64,000 nt of DNA from Narcine bancroftii. Its lineage: Eukaryota. The translations under genes and the position numbers were made by a program. Position 1 is the first letter of the stretch. The number at the start of each line of letters is the position of its first letter. Shown piece after piece: positions 1 through 12,088 of this stretch. The notes beneath the pieces are model-generated. The model was not told the DNA's origin, searched no databases, and saw only the letters and a list, made by a program, of their open reading frames with translations. The stretch is from the NCBI RefSeq assembly GCF_036971445.1, contig NC_091481.1, forward strand, positions 83,390,001 to 83,454,000, given 5' to 3'.

Positions 1-2950
1 TTGGGGGGGGTGTTAACCTAAATTGGCAGGGGGCTGGGAACCAAGGTAACGAGATGGTTGGTGCACAGGTAGGGACAGCTGGTAGGGAGTTTGTACAGAA
101 GACATGCTGATGGGGCAAAATTGCAGCCATGGGGATGAATGGCAAAACAACGAGGAATCGGAGTTAGTGAAAAAGTGCCAAATACAGGGCTTAAGGTTTT
201 TCCTTTAAATTTATGAAGCATAAAGAAATAAAGTGGTTGACCTTCTAGTTCAACTACAGATTGCAAGGTACGAAACTGTGGCCATTCACGGAGTCATGGC
301 AAAGGATGGATGTCATTGGGAGCTGAATGTCCGAGTTTACACAGCGCGTCGAAAGGAGAGGCAGGTAAGTAGAGGGAGGTCTGTTGGTAAGAAATGGCAT
401 TAAATCATTAGGAAGAGGTGACATAAGGTCATGAGATAGAAAATTATTGTGGGTTGAGTTACAAATAGGCAGTGGTAAAAGGACACTGTTGGCAGTAACA
501 TACAGACCTCCAAACATTAGCCGGGACATGGACAAGAAATTATAACGGCTAATGCAAAAAGGCGTGTCAGAAGGCCAATGGGGGTCTTTAACATGCAAGG
601 AGATTGGGGAAACTAGGTTGGGACTAGATCTAAAGAGAGAATTTGTAGAATGCCCACAAAGTGGCTTCTTAGAACTGATCGTGGCTGAGCCAACCAGGGA
701 AGTGGCAATTCTGGATTGAGTATTGGGTAAGGAACCAGAGTTGATAAGAGAGATGTAGGTAACCGAACTCTTAGTAGGTGTCAATCGTAACATGATCGAG
801 TTCAACCTTGCAGTCAGAGGTACCAGTATGCCAGTGGAACAAGGGGGATCAACAGAGATATGAGAGAGGAAAGTTTATTGGGAAGGGACATAGGCAGGGA
901 GGGTGGCAGAGAAGCTATGGCTAGAGTTTCTGCAAGAAATAGGAAAGTGCAGGACAAGTCAAGTCACCTTTATGTATCATTCGCAACTTGCTCACACAGT
1001 AAAGACGAGATAGTGTTTCTCCAGGACCATGAAGTAGATTTACATCAATATGTTAGAATAGAAGTTAAACACATTAAAATATTATGATGTCTACAGTAAA
1101 AGTCCACGGTTCACTATCCAGATATGTTCTGGGAATTCAGGAGCCTGATGGGTTGGGGTAAAAATCTGTTGTTCAATCTGGACATAAGGACCCGAGTGCT
1201 ACGGTACCTCATACCAGATAGCAGAAGGGAGAACAGTCTACATGAGGGGTGTGTGGCGTCATTCACAATGTTTATTGCCTCTCGTCTGCATCGAGTGTTG
1301 TAGGTGTCCTTCAAGCTGGGAAGAGAGGCCCCAATGATCTTTTCCGCTCACTTCACTACCCTCTGCAGGGTCTTGCGGTCCAAGGTGATACAGCTTCCAA
1401 ACCAGGCAGTGATGCAGTTGCCCAAGATACTCTCAATACATCCTCTTTAGTACATAATGAGGATGGAGGGTGGCAGATGAACTTTCCTCAGCCTTCGCAG
1501 GGAGTAGAGGCGCTGCTAGGCTTTCTTGGTTATGGAGCTGGTGTTAAGGGACCAGGTGAGATCCTCCATCAAGTACACTCAAAGGAACTTGATACTCATG
1601 ACGACCTCAATGGTCGAGCCACCAGTGGTCAGTGGAGCATGGTTCCCCCCCCCCCCCCCCCCCCCTCCACCAGACACATCGGGCCCTCATGAGGTCAACA
1701 ACCATCTCTTTTGCTTTATTCAATATTTTCCAAACCAAAGAAATAATTGAATGGAAAAATGACACAGCTGTGGCTGACAAGAGAGATCAAAACCAATATA
1801 AAAGTTTAAAAAAACAGGCAAAGATGAAAGCAAAAATTAGTGGGAAGATAAAGAACTAGGCAACTTTTAGAAGCATTCAGAAGGCAACTAAGAAAGTCAT
1901 TAGGAAAGAAAAGATGAACTTTGAAAGGAGACTAATAAATAAGATCAAAACAATGCTAAAAGGTTTTTAAAGTATATTAAGAGTTAAAAAAGAGGAAAGA
2001 GTAGATATTAGTCAGATTGAAAATGACGCTGGCAAAATTGTAATGGGAGACAAGGAACTGAATGAGTATGTTGCATTAGTCCTCACTGTGAAAGATATTA
2101 ACAGTTTACAGGACTTTCAAGGGTGTTGGAAGAGAGGTGAGTGCAGTCACGATCACTAGAGAGAAGGTGTTTGGGAAGCTAAAAGGTCAAAGGATACACA
2201 AGGTGGAATGTACCCTCGGGTGCTGAAAGGAGTCACGATAGAGATTTTGGAAGCACAAATAACGGCCTTCCAAAAAAAAATCAATGTTTTCATTCACGTT
2301 TCTGGGGAATTGGCAAATGGCAAAGGACACTGCTATTTAAAAAGAGACGGTGGCATCAGAAAGAAAATTATAGAGCTGTTAGGTGTTTATGGAGTTGATT
2401 GTCAAGGATGAGGAGATAGATTACCTGGAGGTGTATGACAAGTTAGGCCAAAGGCAGCATGGTTACCTTAAGGGAAAATGTTGCCTGACTGCAATTTTAT
2501 GAGGACATCTGGACCTTCAAAAGTTCTTTGAGAAGGTGCCACACATGAGGCTTCCACACAAAGTAAGAGCCCATGGAATTACAGGGAAGACACCAGCATG
2601 GGTAGTCCATTGTCTGATCGACAAGGATCAGAGAGTGGAAATGAAGGGATCCTATTCTGGTTGGCTTCTGGCTACCAGTGGTGATCCGCAGGGGTCAGTG
2701 TTGGGGTCACTTCCCTTTACATTAATGGTCTGATTTGCAGAATAATGGATTTGAGGCTATGTTTAGCACATGATACAGGGATTGGTGGAGGGGGAGGTAA
2801 GAAGGAGGAAAAGGAGGAGCTGAGGGAGCCTGAGGTAGATTGGGAGTATGTGCACAGAAGAGGCAAATGAAATATAACATTGGAAAGGCTACGGTCATGC
2901 ACTTTGCTAGAAGGAATAAAAGGGCAGAATTTGTCCTCGGTGGAGTGAAG
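1..2950 (+). mobile_element. Degenerate CR1-clade LINE (endonuclease and RT fragments), interrupted at ~956-1722
   Basis: Frameshifted CR1 ORF2-like motifs (LWVEL...YRPP near 448-510; SGDPQGSVLG in ORF 2536-2733; KYNIGKATVMHF near 2870). Confidence 0.75.
956..1722 (-). mobile_element. Non-LTR retrotransposon 3' fragment (Rex1/Babar-like) nested in CR1
   Basis: Minus-strand peptide HPSCRLFSLLLSGMRYRS...RLNNRFLPQPIRLLNS; short (CTTGA)n-type tail at the left end; CR1 sequence resumes on both sides. Confidence 0.65.
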
Positions 2951-4113
2951 ATTCATGTCCATGACGACACTGGCCAAGTTCTCAACTCTCTGTCCTTTAC
3001 ATTGGCACCTCCATACCAGAGAGCAACGAAACCAGACAACGTGCTCTCCACGGTACACCTGTAGGAATTTCCTTTTCTCATTACAATGGAATGTGCATCT
3101 AGTATTTCACCAGACAACTCCTTCCATATTGAGTGCAACACCTCCAGATGCTGTGATTGTAGTTACACAAAAGGGCTGGAGGAACTCAGCAGGTCCTGCA
3201 GCAAATATACTGTATATAACCAGCGTTTCCAGTCTGCTCCCTTCGAGCAGAAAGCAGGCAGATCCCTGAATAAAGAAGAGGGAGGAGGTGTGAAGAAGGG
3301 GCAGGAGAACTGGCCAACAGGCAAGAGGCCAGAGTTGGATAGGGATGGGGAGGGCAGGAGACAATTGATAAGGGGTGGGGTCGATCTGTGAATACAGAGC
3401 AGGAGGAATGGAGACAGAGGGATAGAGAGAGACAGGGATGGCTCCATGAACTGACCATCCCCTAAGTATGGGTTGAGGTCGGGAGAATGTGCAATGCGCA
3501 GGCAGTCACCTGAATAAAAAGGCAGCAGTGTAAGGGAAGAAGGGGCAAGGAGAGGAGCCAATGAGGCCATAGGTGGACATCGACAGGGAGCAGGAGAGAG
3601 ATGCTGAGAATTTATTGGGACAAAGGTAAATGCAGAGCTGGAGTACTGAGGGATAAGGAAAGAGAGAGAGAGACAGGCTCGTTCCATTTGCTCATCACCT
3701 TCTGGGCATAGGTTAAGGTGAAGAGGCAGGAGGATTAGACGGTGATCTGAGGTAAATTGTCTTCACCCAGATGGGGGCTGCAGTCTGGAATGTACTGACC
3801 GAGAAGGAGGGAGCAAGTGCTCTCACAACATTGACACAGTGTCCAGGCCAACAGTTGGATCGCCACGGCATAGAGGGCTGTGGATGAAGTGCTGGGAAAT
3901 GGGATGGGTATAGATGGGTGCATGATGGTCAACATGACTTCAGTGGGCGGAAGGGCCTGCTTTTGTGCTGTATGACTCCATGTTGAATTTTCAAATACTA
4001 GAAGCAGATAGACTTATTCCAACCCTACATCTCCTATTCCAGGATTAATCATTTCTATTCTCCTCTGCCAGTTTACGTTTAATTGGCACTTTCTAATTTA
4101 CACAAGAGGGAGA

Positions 4114-4152
4114 TGATTTGCATGTTGCAAGCTGTTCTATTTTTAAATAAAG
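4114..4152 (+). promoter_or_regulatory. Octamer/decamer TGATTTGCAT plus TATA-like TTTAAATAAA upstream of GPCR copy 1
   Basis: ATTTGCAT at 4116-4123 with an AT-rich box ~20 nt downstream; the same arrangement precedes copies 2 and 3. Confidence 0.55.
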
Positions 4153-4295
4153 ATAACTATTTGGAAAGTGTTGCAACCTCAAGAGGTCCCCAGAGAATCG
4201 CAGCGAATAAATGAAATGTTCGGGGTCGGCATCAGCTCAGAGCTCAATTCAGAGAGATTGGCTTCAGCACGAAGATACGTCTTCTCACGAAGAAC

Positions 4296-4362
4296 ATGCA
4301 TCGCCCAGTTCAAGTTGCCGCGAAGATATGGTACACCATCATTGCCATTATTGGTGTTCCTG
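4296..4362 (+). CDS. GPR139/142-like class A GPCR copy 1, coding exon 1 (MHRPVQVAAKIWYTIIAIIGVP)
   Basis: ATG at 4296, 67 nt, phase-1 donor G|GTAAGT; joins exon 2 in frame to give the TM1 GVPVN motif. Confidence 0.85.
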
Positions 4363-4991
4363 GTAAGTACCTTTCGCCTTACTTCTCACTGAGTCTATGA
4401 GGGAGAGTCCAACGGCTTCACCTCCGCTCTGTCTGTCCTCAGGAATACGTCTTACACTCCAGCCCCTCTGAACTATGTCCACCTCCTTCTGGCCCTTCCT
4501 TCGCCTGCCACCCTTCACGCTGGTCAATAAAATCAGACCTGCATAATTATGAAGCAAAATGAGCACATGCTGAGGGCACCAAGTGAAGGGGCAACGCAAA
4601 GTTTTTTCCAGTGCCAGATTTACCAGGCTGTAGCTGAATGAGGGCTCCAGCAAAACCCCAATACCCCACAATAAATGAAAAAATACATACACAAGTCAAG
4701 GTTATGTGATGATCTGTGTCGTGATACAGCTATTGAGGTTATATTTAATATCGTTGTGGGGTCTGACCTCGAAGAAAACTGAATTTCTTTAATCTATTAT
4801 TTCACATTCAGCGCTTATTGAGTCTTAACATCTTTCCAGTCAAAGGAAGGGTCGAGGAGGAACGACTGTTGGGCTGTGTTTAGGCCTCAATCAGGCCCTG
4901 TATAAATCTCTTCCCTGCATCTCCTCCATTACCCCACTTCTGCTCCCACCCAATCTCTCCTTCAGATGCAACAGGGATAGGGGGGTCTTCT

Positions 4992-6885
4992 TTACTTTAA
5001 CTTTATTTATTCATTCAAAAAACAAATAATATGTCATATACAGCAATTAAACATGAACATGAACATTTTTTTATATATATAAAAAAAAAGAAAGGAAAAA
5101 AAAGAAAAGATTTCTCCCCCCCCCTTCAGCCAACTCTCCCAAGGAGAGCCATAAGAAAAAAGAAAGAATATTAAAAAAGTTAAATATACATATTTAAATC
5201 AAATCAATATAAATTGAAATGTAATTATTCTGAGTATAACAGCCACTTATTAATTAAAAAATTATAATGATCATGCGAAACATATGTAATTTTTTCCATT
5301 ATTAAACAATATTTCATCTCATTATGCCATCTATTAATATCGATCATATTTGTATCTTTCCACGTACCAGCAATACATTTTTCCACTACGGATAAAGCTA
5401 AATATACAAATGCAAGCTGGAACTTATCTAATCCCAAACCTTTCAGAGGTGGCAAACTACCCAATAAAAATACTGTCGGATCTTAAACCATTTTAATCTT
5501 CTACAGATATTCTAAAAACGATTGAATTTTCTTCCAAAAAGATTGTATATGTCTACATGACCAAACAGCATGAAAAAAAAGTTCCAACCGTATCACCACA
5601 TCTAAAACACAAATCTGATTCATTAAAACCATATTTTTTTAATTTTTCAGGTGTCAAATATAATTGATGTGAAAATTGTAATTAATCATTGCATAACAAG
5701 GATTTATCAATCTCGTTACACTATCGTAACAGATATCTAACCAATCCTCTTCAGAAAAAGTAAAACCAATATCCGCTTCCTATTTAATTTTAGATCTATC
5801 CCAACCCCTTTTATCCAGACCATCCTGTAATATTTGATACATAAATGAAATATAACCCTTCTCTGGTACCTTCATAAGTCTCAAATTTAGTCATTTCAGG
5901 TAAAATCATCTCTCTACCAAAAATACATTTACCAAAGATCGAATTTGATAATAAAGAATTCTTATCAATACCAAAATCTTCCCTCATCTGATTAAAAGAT
6001 AAAAACTTACCCTCTTTAAAACAATCTTCCAAATTTTTCACACCTTTAAATCTCCAATACAATAAACTTCGATTATATATTGAAAAAGAAATGTTGATTA
6101 TTATACAACGGAGTCAAAGCCAATAATTTACCCCTAGAACCCATCATTTTATTTTTATTTATCCATAACTTCATTAAATGTTTTAGTATAGGCACATTAT
6201 ATTGTTGTAACAAATTCATATTCCACCTAAACAAAAATAGATGTATTTCAAATTCAGAAATACTTGCCATCTCAATTTTAGCCCAACTAGGAGGCTGTAC
6301 CAAATCCATCAATGAGCTAATAAATTTAAGTTGGGCTGCCTCATAATAATTTTGAAAATGTGGTAAACGTAATCCCCCTAACTCATATTTCCAAGTTAAT
6401 TTATTAAAAGCTACTCTCGAAAATTTACCCCTCCATAAAAACTCCCTAACCATTTTATTTAAATCACAAAAAAAAATATTATCAAGTAAATACAGAATAG
6501 ATTGAAACAAATATTGTATACGTGGAAAGATATTCATCTTAATTGTATTTATCCTTCCCATTAAATTACTAGGTAAATCTTTCCATTTAATCAAATCAGT
6601 TTTAATATTTTTCGTTAACGGGGCATAATTTAATTTATATAAAGGTTGATAATTAACATTCAAAATTATACCCAGATATTTTATTCGATCAGTCCACTTC
6701 AAATTAATAATATTCTTATAAACTGAATAATCTCCTTCACTTACCAGTAATATTCCATTTTTTTTCCTAATTAACTTTATATCCAGAAAGACATCCATAT
6801 TGAATTAAACATTCCTTCAAATGCAAAAGTGACTGAGCTGGGTTTGTTAAACACACCATCATTATATTATTATGCAAAACATATA
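4992..6885 (-). mobile_element. 5'-truncated L1-clade LINE, antisense in the intron of GPCR copy 1
   Basis: ORFs 6073-6798, 5811-6062 and 5225-5464 resemble the L1 ORF2 C-terminal half (IKYLGI, GRINTIKMNIFPR, GGLRLPHF); absent from the paralogous intron at ~19340; no clear TSD. Confidence 0.85.
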
Positions 6886-7590
6886 AGAGAGATCTCGCCG
6901 TTAAGTGGCCAAGGTGATAGATAGGCGTTGAAGAAGGCCTCCATGTGTGGCTTCGTTAACCATGGGATGGAACACAAGAGAAGGAGGATCATTGTTCCAG
7001 CGATTGAAGATGTTTATGGGGCCTCACCTGGAGTATCGTGTATAGTACGTTTGCCACACTGCAGAACAGGATGGGGTTGGTGCGGAGAGGGTGCAGAGGA
7101 GATTCACCAGGATGATACTTACACACAGGGGAGAGAAGACATTGGATACTGGAGCAAATATAAACAACTGGATGGTGGAAGTTGGTGGGTCGACAGTGGA
7201 AGGAAAACAATTGTCGACATTTCTGGTCAGATCCCTTCATCCAGTCTTGATGAAGTGACAGTGAATATCAGTTCAATTTCAGGTTCCCACCCAAATTATT
7301 AACTATTCTATTTTTCCAACTGATGCCCCTCGACCTGCTGAGCTCCTCCAGTAGAATTTGTTGTTGCTTTTTTTTTAAACATGAGGACATTGTTGCCTAT
7401 ATTGGATCAGTTTAGTTTTAAGGACAGATTACATGGGCTGGGTTTGAATCCAATAAACAATCGAGCAAAAGTTTGTAAGCTGGTTGGAGCTTTAGGCAAG
7501 ATTTTATCTTGTGTAACAAAATTTGGTTCCTTGCTGACGCAGGATGACCTGTACATTCTGACCCATTTTACCTTCTCTCTTGCTTTGCAG

Positions 7591-8492
7591 TGAATTTCGT
7601 GGCGATTGTGATCCTGTCCCGGGGTAAGTGCGGGCTCTCCCCTTGCACCACCCTGTACCTGGTGGCCATGGCGGTAGCGGACCTCTTGACCATCGTCACC
7701 CAGGTCATACTACGGCGCATCAATATTTATTATTTCCCCTGGAACTTCCTGCGCATCACGCCCGTCTGCAGTGTGCTGTTTGTCCTCAGGCATGCGGCCA
7801 GGGGCTGTTCTGTCTGGTTCACTGTTACTTTCACCTTTGATCGATACGTAGCCATTTGCTGCCAGAAGTTAAAAAATAAATACTGCACCAGAAAAACCGC
7901 GGTGGTGGTTCTGACGATAACTGGCACTCTGGTCTGTTTAAAAAATATTCCCAAGTACTTCACACAGGAACCTTGGGTGATCATCGACGGTATTCCTTGG
8001 CTGTGTATATTTAAGGCAGAATATTACTCTAAGCCGGAGTGGGTGGGATTTGACTGGTTCGACGCTGTATCAACCCCATTGCTGCCTTTCGGATTAATCT
8101 TGTTGTTTAATGTTCTGACGGTCAAACACATTCTGGTTGCCAGTCGGGTACGCAAGGGGCTAAGAGGTCAAAGCAAGGGAGAGAAGGCCAGTGACCCCGA
8201 GATGGAGAACCGCAGGAAGTCTATCATTTTACTCTTCACGCTATCGGGCAGCTTCGTCCTCCTGTGGCTGTCGTACATTATAGATTCCTTCTTTTATTCC
8301 ATCACTGGCACCACCGTCAGTGACTACAACAGTTCTCAATACAACTTTCGTTATGTTGGAGCCATGCTTCTACATTTAAGTTGCTGCACTAACACATTTA
8401 TCTATGCTGTGACTCAGTCCAAGTTCAGGGAACAGCTCAAGAACTTGGCTAAGTGTCCCGTACCTTCAATTATCCAAAAAATGTATCAATAA
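7591..8492 (+). CDS. GPR139/142-like class A GPCR copy 1, coding exon 2 (322 aa spliced protein)
   Basis: Acceptor ttgcag at 7590; 7TM pattern with YLVAMAVADL (TM2), TM3 Cys, FTFDRYVAIC, ECL2 Cys, TM5 PLLPF, TM7 NTFIY; open frame. Confidence 0.9.
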
Positions 8493-9677
8493 AACTGAAC
8501 TCAACAATTGATGTGCACAGATGTACTGGGTCAGAACAAATATTGGACTCATTGGGAGGGTTTGCAAAGCCGATCTGAGGTTTACGAGTCTACCTGTATC
8601 TTGACAATTTCCCTGTGAGTGCTGGATTCAATTCAATCAGATTTTAATGTTGTAAACACAGCAGCCCAGATTAGGTGATAGAGATTGAAGCTGAGGCAGT
8701 AGAATTCTGCCTGCAGGATGTGGGAAATCTGGGACAGCATGAAAGTCCATGGTGACTCCACCTGCATCCAGCTGTAGGTCCTTACAGACCGTGTTGGGGG
8801 ACTGGAGCTAGATGAACACTGGATCATCCAGGAGGCAGAGGGAAGTGATAAACAAAAGCTATAAGGAGACAGTCACACCAAAGGGGTAAGAGAAAGGTCA
8901 TTGGTTGACTGTTCGGAAATGGAAAGGCAGTCAGTGTGGAATACCCCTGTGACCATTCCCCTCAGCAACAAGTATACGCCCTTCGATACTGCTGGGGTTG
9001 AATGACTTGTCTGTGCAAGGCAATGGCCGGTCAATAGCACCGTGGTCAGATCTAAGCCCCAGTGGGGAAGGGTGGAGAGTGATAATCGGTGTCATGTTTG
9101 TTAGAGGAACGGATAGGAGATTTAGCAGCCACAAAATAGACTCCAGGATATAACCTGGGTGCTCAGGTTCAGGATGTGTCTGGGTAGTTGCAGAATATTC
9201 TTAATGGACAAAGTCTCACCAATGCCTCATAAAGCCTCAATTTAAGGAGTCACGTGATGGAGTAGTGGCCGGTCAGGGAATTCCAGCCCTCTCCAGAAAA
9301 GTTTAAAAAAAAACACAAAGCACAAAGGTACAAGATTAAAATTTATAATAAAGTAAAAATAAAGGTGAGAAGAAAATGGCAGCAAAGAGAGAAAAGTCGA
9401 AAACAACGGGAAGAAAAGAGGAAGAAAGAATGTCGGAAGAAGAAGGTGAAGGCCTTACCTGTCCGAAGAGGCCCGCCGCGGAGAGAGAAGCCCGCTCCCT
9501 CAGGTCAGTGGAAGTCTCAGGCTCAGGACTACAAAAATGGCTCGCGGAGCCGAGTAAAAGTGCGCAACCGCGCATGCGCGAGGAGTCGCGCATGAAAAAA
9601 AACACACTGACGGGAGGGGGGAACAGCTGCGGAGTCGATCTCCACAGCTGAGAGAGACACCTCCAGCACAGCAGCAG

Positions 9678-10610
9678 GTGCAGAACACGGACAATAACGA
9701 CAACAAGAAAGAAGAGGGTAAAAAGAAAACAAGGAAACAACAGATGGTCAACCCAGAGGAAGAAGAAGAAGAAGAACATAGAGAAATGGAAGAAGAAGGG
9801 AAGGGCAAGACAATGGATGTATCTTTTTTTAAAGAATATATGGAATCAGTGAAAGAATGGCAATTACAAGAATTTGATGAGATAAAAAGAAGAATTAAGA
9901 ATGCAGAAGAAAGAATGAATAAAATGGAAGTGGCCATATCAGAATTGGCAAAAAGAGTGGAAAATATGGAAAAACGAGAAACATTTGTAGATATGGAAGT
10001 AAAAGACTTAAAAAAGAAATTAGAAGAATCTAATAAAATAGTTAAAGAGACACAAGAGCTGTTAGCTCAGAAGATAGATATAATAGAAAACTATAATAGA
10101 AGAAATAATATAAAGATAGTGGGCCTTAAGGAAGATGAAGAAGGCAAGAATATGAGAGAATTTATAAAAGATTGGATCCCCAGGGTCCTGGGAAGACCAG
10201 AATTACAGGAAGAAATGGAAATAGAGAGGGCACATAGAACATTAGCCCCGAAACCACAACCGCAGCAAAAACCAAGATCCATTTTAGTAAAATTCTTAAG
10301 ATATACAACAAGAGAAAATATATTGGAGAAAGCAATGAAGAAAGTAAGAGAAGACAAAAAGCCACTGGAATACAAAGGTCAAAAAATTTTTTTCTATCCA
10401 GACATAAGTTTTGAACTCCTGAAGAAGAGGAAGGAGTTCAATACAGCGAAAACGATCTTATGGAAAAAAGGATATAAATTTATGTTAAAGTACCCAGCGG
10501 TACTCAAAATAGTTATTCCAGGGCAACAAAACAGACTATTCTCGGATCCAGAGGAAGCAAGGAAATTTGCAGAACAACTACAAAACAAGCAGAGAAATGA
10601 AGACATGTAA
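9678..10610 (+). CDS. L1 ORF1p (coiled coil, RRM, CTD); true start uncertain
   Basis: ENYNRRNNIKIVGLKE, EIERAHR, PRSILVKF, IFFYPDIS and KYPA motifs typical of L1 ORF1p. Confidence 0.85.
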   Translation: MQNTDNNDNKKEEGKKKTRKQQMVNPEEEEEEEHREMEEEGKGKTMDVSFFKEYMESVKEWQLQEFDEIKRRIKNAEERMNKMEVAISELAKRVENMEKRETFVDMEVKDLKKKLEESNKIVKETQELLAQKIDIIENYNRRNNIKIVGLKEDEEGKNMREFIKDWIPRVLGRPELQEEMEIERAHRTLAPKPQPQQKPRSILVKFLRYTTRENILEKAMKKVREDKKPLEYKGQKIFFYPDISFELLKKRKEFNTAKTILWKKGYKFMLKYPAVLKIVIPGQQNRLFSDPEEARKFAEQLQNKQRNEDM

Positions 10611-10684
10611 TGAGAGTAAAAATGACCACGAACTATATGTATGTGTGTAAAGGGGTATATGTGTGTATATATATAGTGTGTATA

Positions 10685-11657
10685 TTCAGAGCCAGCTCTT
10701 CAGCGCTTGACGTCCTGCTTTGCGGAAACTGCCAAAATGTTTGGCCTGGAAGTCAGCCTGAAGAAAACTGAGGTCCTCCATCAGCCAGCTCCCCACCATG
10801 ACTACCAGCCCCCCCACATCTCCATCGGGCACACAAAACTCAAAACGGTCAACCAGTTTACCTATCTCGGCTGCACCATTTCATCAGATGCAAGGATCGA
10901 CAATGAGATAGACAACAGACTCGCCAAGGCAAATAGCGCCTTTGGAAGACTACACAAAAGAGTCTGGAAAAACAACCAACTGAAAAACCTCACAAAGATA
11001 AGCGTATACAGAGCCGTTGTCATACCCACACTCCTGTTCGGCTCCGAATCATGGGTCCTCTACCGGCACCACCTACGGCTCCTAGAACGCTTCCACCAGC
11101 GCTGTCTCCGCTCCATCCTCAACATCCATTGGAGCGCTCACACCCCTAACGTCGAGGTACTCGAGATGGCAGAGGTCGACAGCATCGAGTCCACGCTGCT
11201 GAAGATCCAGCTGCGCTGGATGGGTCACGTCTCCAGAATGGAGGACCATCGCCTTCCCAAGATCGTATTATATGGCGAGCTCTCCACTGGCCACCGTGAC
11301 AGAGGTGCACCAAAGAAAAGGTACAAGGACTGCCTAAAGAAATCTCTTGGTGCCTGCCACATTGACCACCGCCAGTGGGCTGATAACGCCTCAAACCGTG
11401 CATCTTGGCACCTCACAGTTTGGCGGGCAGCAGCCTCCTTTGAAGAAGACCGCAGAGCCCACCTCACTGACAAAAGGCAAAGGAGGAAAAACCCAACACC
11501 CAACCCCAACCAACCAATTTTCCCTTGCAACCGCTGCAATCGTGTCTGCCTGTCCCGCATCGGACTGGTCAGCCACAAACGAGCCTGCAGCTGACGTGGA
11601 CTTTTTTACCCCCTCCATAAATCTTCGTCCGCGAAGCCAAGCCAAAGAAAAAAAAAA
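10685..11657 (+). mobile_element. 5'-truncated RTE-clade LINE inserted in the L1 inter-ORF spacer
   Basis: Uninterrupted ORF 10707-11594 (FTYLG, QLRWMGHVSRM, C-terminal CxxC...H...C finger); GCCAAGCCAAAGAAA tail; lands in a TA/TG-rich tract. Confidence 0.9.
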
Positions 11658-12088
11658 TACATGAATGTATCTGTATTTAGAGGAAAATATATAGAATATA
11701 GACAAGAATTAATAAGGGAGGGAAAGGGAATAGAGGGATTAAGGAGGGAATTAAAAGAGTGACCTTTGTTACATATGAAAATTGAAATCTTTTCTGGGAG
11801 GGGCTGGGAGGGGAGGAGTTACGGTCACTACAAAATCAGTTGACGTTTGTGAGTGAATTCGCAAATCCAAATGGAGAGGGGAGATATGGTTGTCCAACAA
11901 GGGATAAAGGACAACTCAGGAGGGGGAGGGGAGAATGGGGTTAAAGAAGTTTTAAATAGGAGAATAAGGAAAATGTTTGATGTTTTAGAAATGTTGTCTT
12001 ATAAAGTGTTCAAAACAAGAAAACAGAAATGGATAAGAAGGAAAGGTGATGATGGAGAAACGGAAAGGGAAGATAAACAAAGTATGAA

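Noticed and set aside
7590-7592. ORF-track start for the GPCRs (also 20040 and 26250) as single-exon genes
   Set aside because: The GTG start straddles the splice acceptor; the first half of TM1 is encoded by the upstream 67-nt exon.
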